NCBI GenBank assembly: GCA_002753335.1
Contig: PEAD01000028.1
Location: 1-38,359, forward strand
Direction of reading: 5' to 3'
Length of the DNA: 38,359 nt
Source: Nitrospirae bacterium MYbin3
GTDB taxonomy: Bacteria > Nitrospirota > Thermodesulfovibrionia > Thermodesulfovibrionales > Dissulfurispiraceae
In this document: in pieces, positions 36,075-38,359 of the stretch
Numbering within the stretch: the first letter of the stretch is position 1
How the letters are laid out: the number at the start of each line of letters is the position of its first letter
Position numbers and translations under genes: made by a program
Notes under the pieces: model-generated
Told to the model about the DNA's origin: nothing
Databases searched by the model: none
What the model saw: only the letters and a program-made list of their open reading frames with translations

Positions 36075-37271
36075 ATGCAATATATTGGTTTTACAATGTC
36101 AGGCTGTGAATACTCGATTCCGATTCTGAAGGTGCAGGAGATAATTAATCTGCCCTCCATCACCAAGCTGCCCCAGTCGGCAGACTATATCGAGGGGGTC
36201 ACTAACCTCAGGGGACGGATAATACCTGTGGTTAACCTTAAAAAGCTGGTCGGTCTTTTTGGTGAGATAGCCGAAATTACGACAGAGAAGGTTATTGTTG
36301 TAACGAGCGGCCGCATGACCTTTGGAGTGCTTGTTGACGGAATAACAGGTGTTGTGACAATCGATCAGTCATTGATCGAACCTTCAGAAAACTTTATGCA
36401 GCACCATATTGATCAGGTTGAGGGAGTTGCCAAGGTAGACGACAGGCTGGTGGTTCTGCTCGACACAAAGAAGCTTATACCTGTTGAGGATGCGAGCCTT
36501 TTTGAAGATAATATTTATGAGGTTGGAGAACAGATAGGCGACAAGGTGGAGGTTGTCAAAAAAATAGAGGGTATGGGCGGCGAAATGGTGGTTCGCGAGA
36601 TGCGCGACGCAAAAGATTTTTTCGAAAAGAAGGGCATACCTGCTGATGACCCGCGTTATGCGTTGTTCGATGACATGGTTGCTTTTATGAATTCGATTAC
36701 CGGACAGGATTATGAGAAGGCGGATGAGGCGATTCAAAAAATGATGAACAAAGGACAGAGCGATCTGTTCAAAGAGGTTGGCAAGGTTACCAGAAAACTG
36801 CATGATTCGATCAGAAGCTTCAAAGAGGCGCTCGATCCAAGGCTTAAGGACATGGCTTCTTCAGAGATGCCGAATGCTGTTGACAGGCTTAAATACGTCA
36901 TAGAGAAGACCGAAGAGGCTGCCAACAAGACGATGGGAATAGTCGAGAACAATATACTTGTGATGGATGAGCTTTCAACACATATCAGAAACCTTACCGG
37001 GCCTGAAGAATCGATCGCCTACATTAAAGATTTCAAGAACAGACTCGAAGATGACTTTACCGAAATACTGACCACGCAGTCGTTTCAGGACCTTACAGGC
37101 CAGACTATCAAAAAGGTTATAACGCTTGTCAGCGAAATCGAGAACGAACTGGTCAGCCTTATAACTTCTTTTGGAGTGAAGGTTGAAGCAGGAGGCAAGG
37201 CAGAAGCAGAAGCTGCAGAGAGGGTTTCTCAGGCGGGCGTTGACGATCTGCTTAAGGACTTTGGTTTCTAG
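36075..37271 (+). CDS. CheW-CheZ fusion protein
   Basis: N-terminal CheW (VQEII, EGVTNLRGRIIPVVNL, FGVLVDGI). C-terminal CheZ (RLKYVIEKTEEAANKTM, QSFQDLTGQTIKKV, SQAGVDDLLKDFGF). Confidence 0.9.
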   Translation: MQYIGFTMSGCEYSIPILKVQEIINLPSITKLPQSADYIEGVTNLRGRIIPVVNLKKLVGLFGEIAEITTEKVIVVTSGRMTFGVLVDGITGVVTIDQSLIEPSENFMQHHIDQVEGVAKVDDRLVVLLDTKKLIPVEDASLFEDNIYEVGEQIGDKVEVVKKIEGMGGEMVVREMRDAKDFFEKKGIPADDPRYALFDDMVAFMNSITGQDYEKADEAIQKMMNKGQSDLFKEVGKVTRKLHDSIRSFKEALDPRLKDMASSEMPNAVDRLKYVIEKTEEAANKTMGIVENNILVMDELSTHIRNLTGPEESIAYIKDFKNRLEDDFTEILTTQSFQDLTGQTIKKVITLVSEIENELVSLITSFGVKVEAGGKAEAEAAERVSQAGVDDLLKDFGF

Positions 37272-37338
37272 TCATTAGCTGTGCTGATGTAACGCTATGG
37301 TTTCCATGGTAGAACAATAATAATCAGGGAGGGTGTAA

Positions 37339-37581
37339 ATGAAAAATTTTATCAAGGTTTTGGTGTTGCTGTCTTTAGTTGTTTTTGCTTCATCAGCTAT
37401 GGCGAGCGAGTTAAAGCTTGCAGGCGGGGGAACTGTAGAATCTACGGTTATCAAACCTATTAAAGATGCTTTTGAGAAGGCGTCGGGAATAAAGATCAAT
37501 TTTCTTAAGGTCGGGTCCAAACATGCTTTTGCCGAACTTCTGAAAGGCAGCGTAGATGCTTCTACCGCGGATGTTGATTAA
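37339..37581 (+). pseudogene. N-terminal fragment of a PstS-like (PBP type 2) substrate-binding protein, cut by an inversion
   Basis: Signal peptide (SSAMA), LAGGGT, FEKASGI, GS..AFAELLKGSVDAS; GGAGG RBS; stop arises at the junction. Confidence 0.75.
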
Positions 37582-37770
37582 ATCAGAGGTGGCTCCCTGA
37601 ATAGACCGCTGAAACTCCACAGTCCTCATCTGAAAAGGAGTGCTTCGCTCGGTGAGATACGCAAGCTTGTTCTTTACAAAATTCATTCCAACAATACTTG
37701 TGCCTGCAACAGCGCAGAGTATCGTAAGAACAAGAACAAGGTTTAGTGTAAGCTTTCTTTTAATAGTCAT
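37570..37770 (-). pseudogene. N-terminal fragment of a membrane sensor, probably an MCP
   Basis: MTIKRKL + TM1 + start of a helical periplasmic domain; GGAG RBS; runs into the junction near 37570-37580. Confidence 0.6.
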
Positions 37771-37797
37771 ATTTTTTTTCTCCACAAATGGAAAATA

Positions 37798-37840
37798 TTT
37801 ATTGTGGGGCATTCTCAGCCATACAATGCCCCACAATAAA
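37798..37840. repeat. Perfect 16-bp inverted repeat between the binding protein and MCP genes
   Basis: TTTATTGTGGGGCATT-N11-AATGCCCCACAATAAA. Confidence 0.85.
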
Positions 37841-37848
37841 AAACTATT

Positions 37849-38358
37849 CTATTTAATATACTTGCCGCCTTCTGTCTTTATAAAATCAAGAAGCTTCTGA
37901 ACATTAGCCGAAGGGGCTCCTTTTGTCACAAGAATAAGGGGCCTTCCAACTTCGGGGGTCTCGGGAACTTTAATTTTGTCGTCAGACATGATGATAGGGC
38001 CAAAGCCTATGCCCTCGGGCGTATCTATAATCTGCTTCTTAACATCATCTGATGTATTGACCTCAAGTACATCTTTGGTAGGCGCTTCTCCGTCAAGTAT
38101 ATTCTTTGTAAATAGGCTGTTCGTGCCTGTTGAAAGCTTTCCCCATACAACAATGATGGGGGTGTCTTTGCCTCCAACATCTTTCCAGTTTGCTATCTTG
38201 CCTGTAAATATGCCTTTAAGCTGATCTTTGCTTAGTTTTGCAACGCCGTTTGATTTATTCAGGAACACAATCATCTTGTCCTTCGCAATAACAGTATGCT
38301 GATAGCCCGAAGGGTCCCCTGCGTTCATATTCTCTTTTGCGGCTATAGCCATAAGCCC
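37849..38358 (-). CDS. C-terminal part of the PstS-like substrate-binding protein (frame open to the window end)
   Basis: IAKDKMIVFLN, LSKDQLKGIFTGKIANWKDVGG, STGT, GIGF, RPLILVT. Confidence 0.8.
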   Translation of the reverse strand, partial: GLMAIAAKENMNAGDPSGYQHTVIAKDKMIVFLNKSNGVAKLSKDQLKGIFTGKIANWKDVGGKDTPIIVVWGKLSTGTNSLFTKNILDGEAPTKDVLEVNTSDDVKKQIIDTPEGIGFGPIIMSDDKIKVPETPEVGRPLILVTKGAPSANVQKLLDFIKTEGGKYIK

Positions 38359-38359
38359 A

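Noticed and set aside
37411..37836. 141-aa minus-strand ORF
   Set aside because: Composite: the real start is ATG 37770, and the part past ~37575 is the antisense of the binding-protein N-terminus.
1..38359. CRISPR arrays, IS elements, recombinases, tRNA/rRNA
   Set aside because: None seen; intergenic gaps are short and explained by promoters and terminators.

Overview
A bacterial flagellar and chemotaxis gene cluster. Gene content and style suggest a Nitrospirota/Deltaproteobacteria-type organism; this is inference only. Minus strand: a probable sigma28 operon of flaF, TPR-glycosyltransferase, GT4 glycosyltransferase and a second TPR-glycosyltransferase (FlmG-like flagellin glycosylation). 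Plus strand: dsbC, a FleQ/FlrA-like sigma54 activator lacking its N-terminal domain, a secreted TPR protein, FlrB/FlrC-like two-component genes, flgBC-fliEFGHIJ-motE, fliK-flgDE, fliLMN-(fliO::fliP fusion)-fliQR-flhBAFG-fliA, then a HEAT-repeat protein, cheR, two cheY, a P2-less cheA and a cheW::cheZ fusion. A PstS-like binding protein / MCP pair follows, broken by an inversion. A regulatory hierarchy can be read from the DNA: four sigma54 promoters, three with phased IHF-like sites; three GTCA-N6-TGAC FleQ-type boxes; tandem GGAA-N5-TTCC boxes; a sigma28 promoter; and a likely leaderless, autorepressed master regulator. Both window ends show inverted junctions typical of MDA/assembly chimeras. 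Best novelty candidates are the CheW-CheZ fusion with P2-less CheA, the FliO-FliP fusion with an internal signal peptide, and the architecture of the REC-less FleQ locus.
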